This document shows positions 43,465 to 53,065 of a stretch of DNA of 64,000 nt, piece after piece. Every line of letters begins with the position of its first letter. Within the stretch, counting starts at the first letter, position 1. The DNA is from Calditrichia bacterium (GTDB lineage: Bacteria > Calditrichota > Calditrichia > JAJRVZ01): positions 384,001 to 448,000 of the forward strand of contig CAWCNS010000006.1 in the NCBI GenBank assembly GCA_963796965.1. The letters run 5' to 3'. Position numbers and translations under genes: made by a program. The notes below the pieces were generated by a model. The model was not told the origin of the DNA, did not search any database, and saw only the letters and a program-made list of their open reading frames with translations.

Positions 43465-43595
43465 AATTTCTGGGTTGAGGGTTCTCGGCTGTTAACTTCA
43501 TTTGCAGAAAAATTATATCAATTTGGCAAATCCCCTATGGTTTCGAAAAAACAATGGACACATTGGAAGAAAAAATACAATTTTAGTATCCCATA

Positions 43596-43844
43596 TCACT
43601 TCGACAGATTCAATTTTTTTGCCTGCAAAAAATTGTCCGTTTTAATCCTGTAAAAATAAATACCTGAGGAAATTTCCCGACCAGCTTGATTGGTACCGTC
43701 CCAATTAGTGGCATGATATCCGGCTGACACGTCATTTTTCCATGTTTTCAATTGCTCTCCTAAAACACTAAAAATAGAAATCTCGACCCTTGTTGGTTGG
43801 GGAACAGCATAACGTATCGTTGTTCGATTATTAAATGCCGAATA
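43596..43844 (-). pseudogene. Orphan Por/T9SS-type (FlgD-Ig-like) C-terminal sorting-domain fragment without a start codon
   Basis: Open frame FNNRTTIRYAVPQPTRVEISIFSVLGEQLKT...SAGYHATNWDGTNQAGREISSGIYFYRIKTDNFLQAKKLNLSK*; in-frame TGA immediately upstream. Confidence 0.8.
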
Positions 43845-44043
43845 TCACAATTATTATTTCATTTAATGTTTAGATAATTTCAATAATTTAAGTCTTATGA
43901 TCAGTAGGAAACTATAGTATAAATTTCATATATTTGCGACTGATTTGGCAAAAGCTGAAGTGTATTTCAATCTCTTATTTTTGTAAATATAATGATTACT
44001 GGATGAGCCTCTTTGGCACAATTGAAAATGAAGCGGGGGATTT

Positions 44044-45174
44044 GTGACGTTAAATAAGATGTATATTAGATTTAATGTAGTAACCACCTTCCTCTTAATA
44101 ATATTCCATCTACTTCTTATTAATCCTTTAGAAACATTGGCTGGAGAAAATGACGAATCCACCCTTTTCCCACAAGTAAAGATAGGTGGACAATGGTTTT
44201 TATCTTATCTTACGGGTGAGATAGATGGAGAAAAAGTGAGTCTTTTTGCTGTCAAAAGAGGCTATATTAATGTAAAGGTGAAACTCAACGAGCGTTTTTC
44301 GGGGAGAATAACACCGGATGTTTCTATCGACAGGGAAGGCGATGGGGCCGGCGATCTCGAGCTTCGACTTAAATATGCCTATTTAAAGTATCTGGTACCA
44401 GATTTCGTTTTTCTGAAGAAAAGCTACGTGGAATTTGGGCTTGTCCACCGCCCATTGTTAAATTTTCAGCAAAACATTAATGGCTATCGATTACAGGGAG
44501 TTATGTATCTGCCTAGAAATGGCGTAATAAGTTCTGCGGATTATGGAATCACCTATTGGGCTTTTTTGGGGGGAGAGATGGATGAAGAATACCAAAAGGA
44601 AGTGAGTGATTCCTATCCTGGATTGTATGGAAGTGTCTCCTTTGGCTTTACAAATGGAGGGGGGTATCACGATTTTGAACAAAACCATAATAAACCTTTT
44701 GAATCAAGATTAAGCATCAGACCCCTTCCTTTTGTCATCCCGGGTTTTCAGATCAGTTATGCGGGTGCATATGGTAAGGGGAATACGGCAGCTTCGCCCG
44801 ATTGGACCATGCATTACGCATATCTTTCCCTGGAAGACCAATATTTTACCTTGACAGGTAGTGACTATACGGGTGTTGGAAACTCTCTTGGAAAGGCGGT
44901 AGACTCATTAGGTAATTCCCTTGATCAGAGAGGTTTTTCCTTTTTTGGCGATTATAAAATACGGGCCTGGAACATTTCTATAATGGCCAGATATGATATT
45001 TTTCAACAGAACCAATATGGAACCTGGTATGAAAGTAAACGGTATATTACCGGAGTTGCTTACCATTTTTTAGGAGGGAATAAATTCCTTCTCGATTATG
45101 ATTTTCAGGAAGGGGGAAGTTTTTTTGGTGATAAAACATCCCGGGTAGAATTTGTAGTCGAAGTTGTCTTCTAG
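44044..45174 (+). CDS. Outer-membrane porin-like protein
   Basis: Signal peptide, FAVKRGYI, LRLKYAYL, beta-strand pattern, C-terminal Phe. Confidence 0.75.
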   Translation: MTLNKMYIRFNVVTTFLLIIFHLLLINPLETLAGENDESTLFPQVKIGGQWFLSYLTGEIDGEKVSLFAVKRGYINVKVKLNERFSGRITPDVSIDREGDGAGDLELRLKYAYLKYLVPDFVFLKKSYVEFGLVHRPLLNFQQNINGYRLQGVMYLPRNGVISSADYGITYWAFLGGEMDEEYQKEVSDSYPGLYGSVSFGFTNGGGYHDFEQNHNKPFESRLSIRPLPFVIPGFQISYAGAYGKGNTAASPDWTMHYAYLSLEDQYFTLTGSDYTGVGNSLGKAVDSLGNSLDQRGFSFFGDYKIRAWNISIMARYDIFQQNQYGTWYESKRYITGVAYHFLGGNKFLLDYDFQEGGSFFGDKTSRVEFVVEVVF

Positions 45175-45191
45175 CTTTTGATGGTGTCTTC

Positions 45192-45214
45192 GCCGTTCGT
45201 GAACGGCCACTACA
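45192..45214. repeat. Partial second copy of the REP-like palindrome (GCCGTTCGTGAACGGCCACTACA)
   Basis: 22/23 identity to the right part of 35659-35688; also between convergent genes. Confidence 0.8.
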
Positions 45215-45262
45215 ATCAATAAAGTTTAATAGATCCTTTTCATTTACCATTCAACTAGTGAC

Positions 45263-48115
45263 TTATTTATCCGTGTAGGATTTTAAAGTAGCTTTCATAA
45301 CATAATTGTGTACTCTTGGACGAACACGGCGAATCTTTTGGTTTGCCCTTGTTGGATAGACACGATTTGTCAGCAATACAACAAAGACTTCATTTTCCGG
45401 ATCGATCCAAATAGTAGTCCCGGTAAATCCGGAATGTCCAAAGGCCTGCATGGACATATAATCTCCGGACATACTATTTGTCTCTGACCGGGTATCCCAA
45501 CCAATTGCCCGGGTACTTTTATCCACAATATTTTGCCGTGCTGTAAACATTTTGATAGTTTTGGGTTGTAAAATACGATTAAAATCATAAATTCCGCCAT
45601 TCAAATACATTTGGCAGAAGATAGAAAGATCTTCAACAGTACTGAAAAGGCCAGCATGTCCGGAAACGCCTCCCATGACGAAAGTGTTCTCGTCATGGAC
45701 AAATCCCCTTACCAACTTTTTATGGAACGCGCTTATTTCTGTGGGCACAATATCATTCAGCCACGAGGACTCCGGATTATAAAATGTGCGATCCATTGCC
45801 AAGGGGTCGGAGATATATTCCCTTACAAGTAAGTCTAAAGGTTTCTGACTAATTGTTTCCAGCACTTTTTGCATCAAAATCATCCCTAAATCACTATAGA
45901 CGGTCTTCGATCCTGGCTGGTAGATCAATTCTGTAGAGCAAATCTCTTGAACAATAAGTTCCTTACCTTTTATTTTCAAATAAAACTGTTCCCAACCGGG
46001 TAATCCGGAAGTATGGGTAAGCAAATGTCGAATTGTAACCTGATCTTTTTCATTTCCCATAAAATCTGGTATAATATCAGAAACTTTCCACTCCAGATTT
46101 AGTTTTCCTTTCTCATACAATACCATCGCTACGGTCGTGGTTGAAACAACCTTGGTTACAGAAGCCAGATCAAAGATTGAATTTGTTTTGATTTGTTTTG
46201 ATTTTGGATCGTAGGTATAATTGCCAAAACCTTCTTGAAGCACAAGCCGACCCTTTACACCGACAGAAATAGCAGCACCGGGAAAAGCACTGTCCTTAAT
46301 GGCCTCATTGAGATACCATCTCAGTGAATCTATATAAATGGGATTGGGTAGAAAAGCCTGGTAGTCAACAGGTTTTAGTGGCATTTCCTTTTTGGGCAAT
46401 TTTTCCCCACTTTTTCTCGGGGCAATACCAGGAAGAGTGACGGGCAATTGACCATCAATGGGAATGGCACCAACCAATGCTTGTGCAGCGGCTCTTTGAC
46501 AATCCTGGATATCCGCGTATGCGAAAAGAATATTTCGGGGTTGTGGTATTTCCATACTGAGATAGGGTGAACCAAAAATAATATTTACAACGGGTTTCTC
46601 CAACTCTTGTAATGATTTGGTTATTGAAATTTGAGCCGGAGATAGTTTCTTGCCGGGCTGAAAATGAAATGTATTTATTATGATATCAGACCTGCGGGCT
46701 AAATTTAATATGGAGTCAAGACGAGAGATATTAAAAGTTTGAGAAATGGTTTTGACTTTCAATTCGGGATAGTAGATTCGTAAAGTCTTAGAGAAAACAG
46801 TCTGTGATATTTCCTGATGAGAATTACTTACAAACCCAGCAACAAAGACCTTTTGGTCCGGACGATTATTTATAGGCAAATCATCATTATTAATTAGAGT
46901 TATCGCTTTGCCTGCTATTTGTTTAGCTTTTTCCAGAGAAATGGGAGTGCGTAATTTGTTCAATAATAATTGTTCATCAATAGCTGGCATCTCTTGAAAT
47001 CCAAGAATAGATTTCCAGTATAGAATTTTTCTCACCGAAGCATCAATCATCTGTATCGATAGTCGCTTATCCTGAACAGCTTTACGAATAGCCTGAAAAG
47101 CACCCTGAATATTACCAGGAAGTAATAACATGTTTACACCAGAGATCAAAGATTTTACAGCAATATTTCCCGGGTAATAATTATCGGTGATGCTTTGCTT
47201 TTTAAGTACATCACTTATGATCAATCCTTCAAAATGATATCTTTTACGAAGCAATTCTGTGAGGATATGTGGAGAAGCAGTTGCAGGGCGTGTAAAACCC
47301 TGATCATAATTTGGGAAAGCAACATGTGTGGTCATAATAGCTGCTACATTATTTTTTATTGCGTCAACAAATGGAATCAATCCTGATTGTTGCAATTCAT
47401 CGAAAGTGATAAGGTTTATGGAAAAATTTTTATCATCCGGTGCTGCTGCCCCTCCTTGGCCGGGAAAATTTTTAGCTGTTGCCATTACCCCATTATCCTG
47501 TAAACCACGTATATAAGAAGAACTGAAGGAAGAAACTGTTTTAGGATCCGAACCATATGTATAGAGATCCTGGCCAGAGTTTGGATTATTATCAGTCAGA
47601 TTGAGTGATGGTGAAAGCGTCAGATGATACCCAATCGCTCGGGCCTCAGTGGCTGTAATTCTACCAATATCAAAAGCATTTTTAAAATCACCTGTAGCAG
47701 AAACCCCCAGCGGAGGAATAAACTCCGTTCCACCCTGAAGATTTTTGCCCACTCCCTCTTCGAAGTTACCAATATAGAAAAAGGGGATTTTTGCAATGGT
47801 CTGAAGTTCGTTAATATAAGGAATCCGCTGGAAAACATCTCCGGCCTGAACAAAGACACCACCAATATGATAGCGTTGTACGTAATCTTTCAATCTTTGA
47901 TATTCTGGATCAGAAGTATTATAGAAAGCAGCATCACCCGACACGATTATCAATTGACCAATTTTTTGATCCAGGCTCATTTTTTGAAGGGTTTCTTCAA
48001 CCCAGCTTTGATTGGGATCTAAAAACTTATCAGGAATCTGTGCCGGTTTTTGAAATAAATAGCATGCGGACATAAATACAGATAATAAGAAAATATATAT
48101 AGAAAACTTAAACAT
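45263..48115 (-). CDS. Lipoprotein fusion: GH3 (NagZ-like) N-terminal part plus beta-lactamase-family serine hydrolase (AmiE-like)
   Basis: Lipobox FMSAC; MSLDQKIGQL, IMTTHV, LIISD in GH3; FDLASVTK (SxxK), YSDLG, FGHSGFTGT in the C-terminal domain. Confidence 0.88.
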   Translation of the reverse strand: MFKFSIYIFLLSVFMSACYLFQKPAQIPDKFLDPNQSWVEETLQKMSLDQKIGQLIIVSGDAAFYNTSDPEYQRLKDYVQRYHIGGVFVQAGDVFQRIPYINELQTIAKIPFFYIGNFEEGVGKNLQGGTEFIPPLGVSATGDFKNAFDIGRITATEARAIGYHLTLSPSLNLTDNNPNSGQDLYTYGSDPKTVSSFSSSYIRGLQDNGVMATAKNFPGQGGAAAPDDKNFSINLITFDELQQSGLIPFVDAIKNNVAAIMTTHVAFPNYDQGFTRPATASPHILTELLRKRYHFEGLIISDVLKKQSITDNYYPGNIAVKSLISGVNMLLLPGNIQGAFQAIRKAVQDKRLSIQMIDASVRKILYWKSILGFQEMPAIDEQLLLNKLRTPISLEKAKQIAGKAITLINNDDLPINNRPDQKVFVAGFVSNSHQEISQTVFSKTLRIYYPELKVKTISQTFNISRLDSILNLARRSDIIINTFHFQPGKKLSPAQISITKSLQELEKPVVNIIFGSPYLSMEIPQPRNILFAYADIQDCQRAAAQALVGAIPIDGQLPVTLPGIAPRKSGEKLPKKEMPLKPVDYQAFLPNPIYIDSLRWYLNEAIKDSAFPGAAISVGVKGRLVLQEGFGNYTYDPKSKQIKTNSIFDLASVTKVVSTTTVAMVLYEKGKLNLEWKVSDIIPDFMGNEKDQVTIRHLLTHTSGLPGWEQFYLKIKGKELIVQEICSTELIYQPGSKTVYSDLGMILMQKVLETISQKPLDLLVREYISDPLAMDRTFYNPESSWLNDIVPTEISAFHKKLVRGFVHDENTFVMGGVSGHAGLFSTVEDLSIFCQMYLNGGIYDFNRILQPKTIKMFTARQNIVDKSTRAIGWDTRSETNSMSGDYMSMQAFGHSGFTGTTIWIDPENEVFVVLLTNRVYPTRANQKIRRVRPRVHNYVMKATLKSYTDK

Positions 48116-48264
48116 TTTTCCTCCTACCAAGGATCGCATACGAATAAATACTATCATAGTTATGAACCTTGGTTAAATAAAAATAATATTTGAATATTCA
48201 TGTAGTTGAGATAAGATATTAGTTTAGCCAAAACGGGTACAGAAGTTAAAACTGACCGTCTGAT

Positions 48265-48858
48265 TTATTCCAATGCCCCTGTTTGAAGTAAATATGCGCT
48301 TAGACCAATTGCTACTTCTTTGTAAAAACTTATATTACTTGTACGAAAGAGCTGATCACAGAATTGAGGGATCCAAATGATGAGATGGTTGTTATAAAAT
48401 TCTGTTAACCGATTTTCTATTGGAGATTCATTGTCGTCTTCGCAAAGAACAGAAAAATATTCAAGATAATTTACAATTGAATCCATAGCATCTGCAGGAT
48501 CCGTTGGGATATCACTGTCAATGAGGAGATCAATAAAATTATCTGATTCATATTTTATACCAAAAGCATCCGCAAAATCACTGGCCAGAAGGGAACAAAC
48601 GGTATGTCCACTCTCCCATTGGCTAAATAAGCCAACATAATTGTCCCGTAAGTCCTTTAGATCTTCTCCCTGATAGTGATTAATTACATTGAGCAATTGC
48701 TCCAGATAGGGATGATCATCAATGCTGATTTCGCCACGCTCAATCTGACGAAAAATATGTTGTAACTCATAACCCATCTCGTCGTATGGATAAATAAAGC
48801 ATCTGGCATAAAAACGTAAGAAAAGAGATGTTTGGGGATTGGTATTAAATAATTGCAT
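48265..48858 (-). CDS. TorD/DmsD-family chaperone-like protein
   Basis: DLRDNYVGLF, D-[S]-I...LEY, FYNNHLIIWIPQFC, FYKEVA. Confidence 0.65.
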   Translation of the reverse strand: MQLFNTNPQTSLFLRFYARCFIYPYDEMGYELQHIFRQIERGEISIDDHPYLEQLLNVINHYQGEDLKDLRDNYVGLFSQWESGHTVCSLLASDFADAFGIKYESDNFIDLLIDSDIPTDPADAMDSIVNYLEYFSVLCEDDNESPIENRLTEFYNNHLIIWIPQFCDQLFRTSNISFYKEVAIGLSAYLLQTGALE

Positions 48859-49023
48859 GATTGAAATTTACATTTGGACGGGTAATGGTGCAATAATTCA
48901 AAAAAATATTGGCAATAAGTGGATGAATCACTAATTTCCAGTATTGTAACAGTTCTATTGGTAATTAATTTTCAAATTAATCGATTATCATATTGGAATA
49001 TTAAATTAGAGGATAGATTAATT

Positions 49024-49635
49024 ATGAGTCAATCAGGCAATAATAGCGGTTTTTTCTGGGGTTCAATCCTTGTTTTAATGGGGGTTCTGTTTTTACTGGA
49101 CAATTTTTATATCATTGACTTTGGCGATGCTGTGTCGACCTTTTGGCCTTTGATTCTTATCGCCATTGGCATTAAAATTTTATTAGATAAGAAACGGGAT
49201 AGTAATAGAAATTCTGTTGTTTTAGAAACAGACTTGCTAAATAGTGACAGGGTAGAGGGGAGTAACCTGGATAGAATCTCTGAGAGTAATGTTTTTGGCG
49301 ATATTCACTTGAAAATTGATTCTGAATCTTTCCACGGAGGATCTATCAATAATGTGTTCGGCGATATAAAATTGGATTTGTCAGGTGTAAAGTTGACACA
49401 AGATGTTACTAAAATATCTGTAAGTGGTGTCTTTGGCGATGTGACAGTAAATACACCAGAAGGCATTGCCCTCGATGCCCGTAGTAATTGTGTTGCTGGA
49501 GATATAAGTATACGCGGGAGCAGAAAAGATGGATTGTTTCCGAATCTGACCTACCAGGATGAGGCATATGCGAAGGCAAAGCAAAAGATAGATCTTCAAT
49601 GTTCTATTGTTTTTGGATCGATTAACGTCTATTGA
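49024..49635 (+). CDS. LiaF-like cell-envelope stress protein
   Basis: FWG.IL..G.LFLLDN and FWPLILI TM part plus repeated VFGD beta-helix motifs. Confidence 0.8.
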   Translation: MSQSGNNSGFFWGSILVLMGVLFLLDNFYIIDFGDAVSTFWPLILIAIGIKILLDKKRDSNRNSVVLETDLLNSDRVEGSNLDRISESNVFGDIHLKIDSESFHGGSINNVFGDIKLDLSGVKLTQDVTKISVSGVFGDVTVNTPEGIALDARSNCVAGDISIRGSRKDGLFPNLTYQDEAYAKAKQKIDLQCSIVFGSINVY

Positions 49636-50154
49636 TCAAATAATTGATTCAAAATGTTTGAGATCTTCCCACCTCTTTTTGAATAATAAATAGGATCTCC
49701 AGGCAGAGTAGAAGTCGGACAATTTTAATCCGAGATTGTGTGTAAAATATTTTTTTTGATTGGTGCGAAGATTATCCAGGCTAAGCCAAAGATGATCAGT
49801 ATGTTCGTCGGATAGAATCACTTCATCCTGGTCGGTTAGACATAAATAATCTAGGGATAAAAGAGTTGATCGGTTAAATTCTCCAAACCAGGTAACAACC
49901 GGATTAAGAATTCTAATCTCCAATCCGGTTTCCTCCCGGACCTCCCTTTTGAGCCCATGGTACGGATCCTCATCTGGAAAAAGACGCCCACCTGATGGAC
50001 CCCATATTATTGGTTTCCGGGATCTTTTAAGGAGAAGAAAACGATCGTGATTTAAAAGAAAGGCATTTACTGCAACCCGATGTGTCAGTGGTTTTTGCAT
50101 TATTATATGTCTGTAATCCTTTTTATAAAGACCTAAATCAGAGTTAGACGACAT
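49636..50154 (-). CDS. NUDIX hydrolase
   Basis: GG....EDP..GLKREVREETGL Nudix box; LSDEH. Confidence 0.88.
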   Translation of the reverse strand: MSSNSDLGLYKKDYRHIIMQKPLTHRVAVNAFLLNHDRFLLLKRSRKPIIWGPSGGRLFPDEDPYHGLKREVREETGLEIRILNPVVTWFGEFNRSTLLSLDYLCLTDQDEVILSDEHTDHLWLSLDNLRTNQKKYFTHNLGLKLSDFYSAWRSYLLFKKRWEDLKHFESII

Positions 50155-50258
50155 TTAAAAAAATATTTTGGTGAAATTAATATCATTACGAAACAACCAA
50201 AAATTTAATAAATATTAATGTAACATTTATCAATAATCAATTTAGCTGATCATAGAAT

Positions 50259-50777
50259 ATGCCACAAAATGTATTAATAGCCGGAGCTCCGGGCATCGGT
50301 AAAACAAAATTAGTTAACCATCTCTATCGTGATTTGAGCCCTTTACTTGTTCGCGGCTTTCACAAAGAAGCAATAAGAGAAAGCGATGTTTTGAAGGGTT
50401 TTCGTCTTAGCACTTTTAATTTTAAAGAATTAATTCTTGCCCATGTTCATATTGAAGGGCCAGATCGATATCAAGAGTTCGGCCTTAATCTGGATGGATT
50501 TGAAGAAATCATTTCAGGTCAGTTCGATACGTCAGGACATGTAGAGCTCTTTCTGATCGATGAGGTTGGTCCAATGGAATGCATTTCCAAACTATTTCGA
50601 CATAAGTTTATAGAAATTCTTGATTCTGATATTCCTGTTATTGCAACCTTGGCCTCAATCGATATTCTAGGTATTTTAGGCATTAAAAAACGCAAAGATA
50701 TATCATTGTTAAAAATGACCCATAGTAACAGAGATTCCATGTGGAAAAATGTTCTGGTAGAAATTTCAAAAGTCTGA
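50259..50777 (+). CDS. Nucleoside-triphosphatase (THEP1/NTPase_1 family)
   Basis: GAPGIGKT Walker A, RGF, LIDEVGPME. Confidence 0.88.
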   Translation: MPQNVLIAGAPGIGKTKLVNHLYRDLSPLLVRGFHKEAIRESDVLKGFRLSTFNFKELILAHVHIEGPDRYQEFGLNLDGFEEIISGQFDTSGHVELFLIDEVGPMECISKLFRHKFIEILDSDIPVIATLASIDILGILGIKKRKDISLLKMTHSNRDSMWKNVLVEISKV

Positions 50778-50787
50778 TTTAGAATTA

Positions 50788-51267
50788 CTAAATCCGGTTT
50801 TTATTTAAAATTACCCTGGTAATTAACGACCCCACCAAACAAAATACAGGCATAAGAAGTAAATTCCGAAGCAAAATAGAGCCCCATAAAAATCCCGATT
50901 TTAGCTGCTCTTCAAGTTCATAAAATATTTCATCTAAAACAGGAGGTACTTCATCCATATTATCAATTAACTGTTGCATAAATTCAATCTCCCAATGACC
51001 ATAGTTTATATAAATAAACCAGTCTATAAAAAGAGAAATGAAGGCACCAAATAAACCGCTGGTAATTCCAAGTGTAACGGCCATAGCAGGATTGATATAT
51101 TCTTTAGTCTGAAAGGATCTATCATGATAAATAAGCGCAATGGCACCACCGAGCATGATACCTAGACAACAGAAGCAATTAATAAAGTTTAGGAATGGAA
51201 TGGAATTTAAAATCGCGGCAACAAATCCCCCAATAAACCCTGCTGTGAGTAGTCGCTGATTATCCAT
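50788..51267 (-). CDS. Membrane protein with NCFCC motif
   Basis: Four hydrophobic segments; IPFLNFINCFCCL. Confidence 0.65.
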   Translation of the reverse strand: MDNQRLLTAGFIGGFVAAILNSIPFLNFINCFCCLGIMLGGAIALIYHDRSFQTKEYINPAMAVTLGITSGLFGAFISLFIDWFIYINYGHWEIEFMQQLIDNMDEVPPVLDEIFYELEEQLKSGFLWGSILLRNLLLMPVFCLVGSLITRVILNKNRI

Positions 51268-51329
51268 AGAATAGACTCTCTTTCCTTTTACACGTTAATT
51301 TCATGTTTTTCTTCTCGACCCGAAGTATT

Positions 51330-51815
51330 TTATATCTTTATTGATTTCGATTCCGGGCTGTCCTGGAGAGAAGCTGTGGACAAAATGAGTAACTGAAAGA
51401 TAACAATACCCAACAATAGACCTGTCCCAAATCGAATCAGCCCAATGTTTGAATAAAAGTGCATTTTTTCGAATGTAAAATCCATCAATGCCGGTATCAG
51501 AAAAAGAAGATATTTACGCATTGGCCAAAAGGTTATCGTATTAAATCTCAAATATAAAATTGAAACGAGCCAACCACCCAAATATACAGCAAAGCAGCGG
51601 ATGCAAACAGCCATAGGGATTTGATCGACTAATAATGATCGCTCGGCAAGCTGATGGCAGACAGGCTGATAGAAAAAATACATAAATGAAGACAGAGTTG
51701 ACAATAGTCTGATATTGGATGAAGCGAGGATGGGCGTAATGATAATACCTGAGAGCCAAATAAAAAGGCTTATACTTATAAGAGATAAATATTTCTTATT
51801 TATAGTTGCTGTCAT
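51330..51815 (-). CDS. DUF2085-family predicted metal-binding membrane protein
   Basis: VCHQLAERS and MAVCIRCFAVYLG motifs; R..TG.LLG. Confidence 0.82.
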   Translation of the reverse strand: MTATINKKYLSLISISLFIWLSGIIITPILASSNIRLLSTLSSFMYFFYQPVCHQLAERSLLVDQIPMAVCIRCFAVYLGGWLVSILYLRFNTITFWPMRKYLLFLIPALMDFTFEKMHFYSNIGLIRFGTGLLLGIVIFQLLILSTASLQDSPESKSIKI

Positions 51816-51838
51816 AATAATTTTTATGCCATTCCTGA

Positions 51839-52807
51839 TTATAAAACATGGTGGCAGCGTTTACCCTTCCACTCAATATTTATACAGGTGTCGTTATTCC
51901 CGGATTCGGGAGAATCAATATTTAATGTACACAAATTATAATTTGCGATCCCTTTTAAACATACAACAGAACGGGATGGCCCATTGTGAGAATTAATCAA
52001 ATCAACCAGAACGCCATGTTCACAACGAAGACATTTCTCGGGTTGATTTTCCTGAATTGTAAAAGTTTTTGCTGCAACAAGCACATCTGCTTTTCTTAAT
52101 GGTATATCATGTCCCCGATCAAAGAACTGAATACGTCCAGGCTTCATAAATTTAAAGCGACCACGATCAATCGACAAATTGGCCTCAAATTCAAGGGAAT
52201 CACCTTTTCGGAATAACATTTTATTTTGTGTTAGAGCAGATATAGAAAGATAATAATTATCGGAGAATAAACTATTATCAATATAACCCTCGTCAAAACG
52301 AATCAAGAAACCATTTGTATCTAATCTATAATGAGATCCCGCTAGTCGCAAGGAAAGAGCTGGGACCACATGAGCAATAATACCTTCGACAGAGACCCTT
52401 CTCTTTTTCAAATCTTCTACCCAGACCTCAAATTCTTCAAAACGTTCATTAAAAGAATGGTATTCTTCTCCTGATCCTAAAAACTCAGGAAAATGGTGCT
52501 GCTTATCTTCATAGAAGTAGCGGCAATTAAAACATTTTCGTCCGACATAGGAGAACCCACGAAAACAAGTTTTTTGTTTGGCCAAGAGACGACATTTCCA
52601 ATTAAAATATACACAGCCATCAGGGTAGCAATTTTTTTCTCTTAATATATAAAAGGGCGATAACTCGGATTTAAAGTGCCGATGAACGTCATGGGTACAC
52701 CGAAACACACCAGATATTTTATATAAGTTTTGTTTTGCTTCTATCATTCTATGTGATTTATCCTTCCCCCGTTTATTCATTATAGGATTTTTCAGTTTTC
52801 TTTTCAA
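51839..52807 (-). CDS. Cys-rich uncharacterised soluble protein (start uncertain)
   Basis: Long ORF with 13 Cys including two CxxC; no family recognised. Confidence 0.7.
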   Translation of the reverse strand: MKRKLKNPIMNKRGKDKSHRMIEAKQNLYKISGVFRCTHDVHRHFKSELSPFYILREKNCYPDGCVYFNWKCRLLAKQKTCFRGFSYVGRKCFNCRYFYEDKQHHFPEFLGSGEEYHSFNERFEEFEVWVEDLKKRRVSVEGIIAHVVPALSLRLAGSHYRLDTNGFLIRFDEGYIDNSLFSDNYYLSISALTQNKMLFRKGDSLEFEANLSIDRGRFKFMKPGRIQFFDRGHDIPLRKADVLVAAKTFTIQENQPEKCLRCEHGVLVDLINSHNGPSRSVVCLKGIANYNLCTLNIDSPESGNNDTCINIEWKGKRCHHVL

Positions 52808-53013
52808 GATAAAAGTTACCGCTGCCTATTCTTATTCTGGTAAAATAACACACATGTGCCATTATTAGATGTTTTTTGGAAATTAAAACTCATATTCTGA
52901 AAAGAATTATCAAGGAGTCATGGTTACTTATGTGTTTATATTTATTGGAGTTATAAGAATATCACAAAAAATGTGTAGAAACGATATTGGATAAATGATT
53001 AAGAAAATTTTAA

Positions 53014-53030
53014 TTGGCACGATTGTGGCA
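53014..53030 (+). promoter_or_regulatory. Sigma54 (-24/-12) promoter candidate TTGGCACGATTGTGGCA
   Basis: TGGCACG-N4-TGGCA; GG-N10-GC spacing intact; 35 bp upstream of ATG 53066. Confidence 0.6.
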
Positions 53031-53065
53031 ATTTAGGAAACCATACTATTTAAGAATCGATAAAA

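Noticed and set aside
43450..43653. 67-aa plus-strand ORF
   Set aside because: Starts inside a heptamer repeat and overlaps the better-supported minus-strand CTD fragment.
44012..44030. TTGGCAC upstream of the porin as a sigma54 promoter
   Set aside because: No GC at the -12 position (TGGCACAATTGAAAA).
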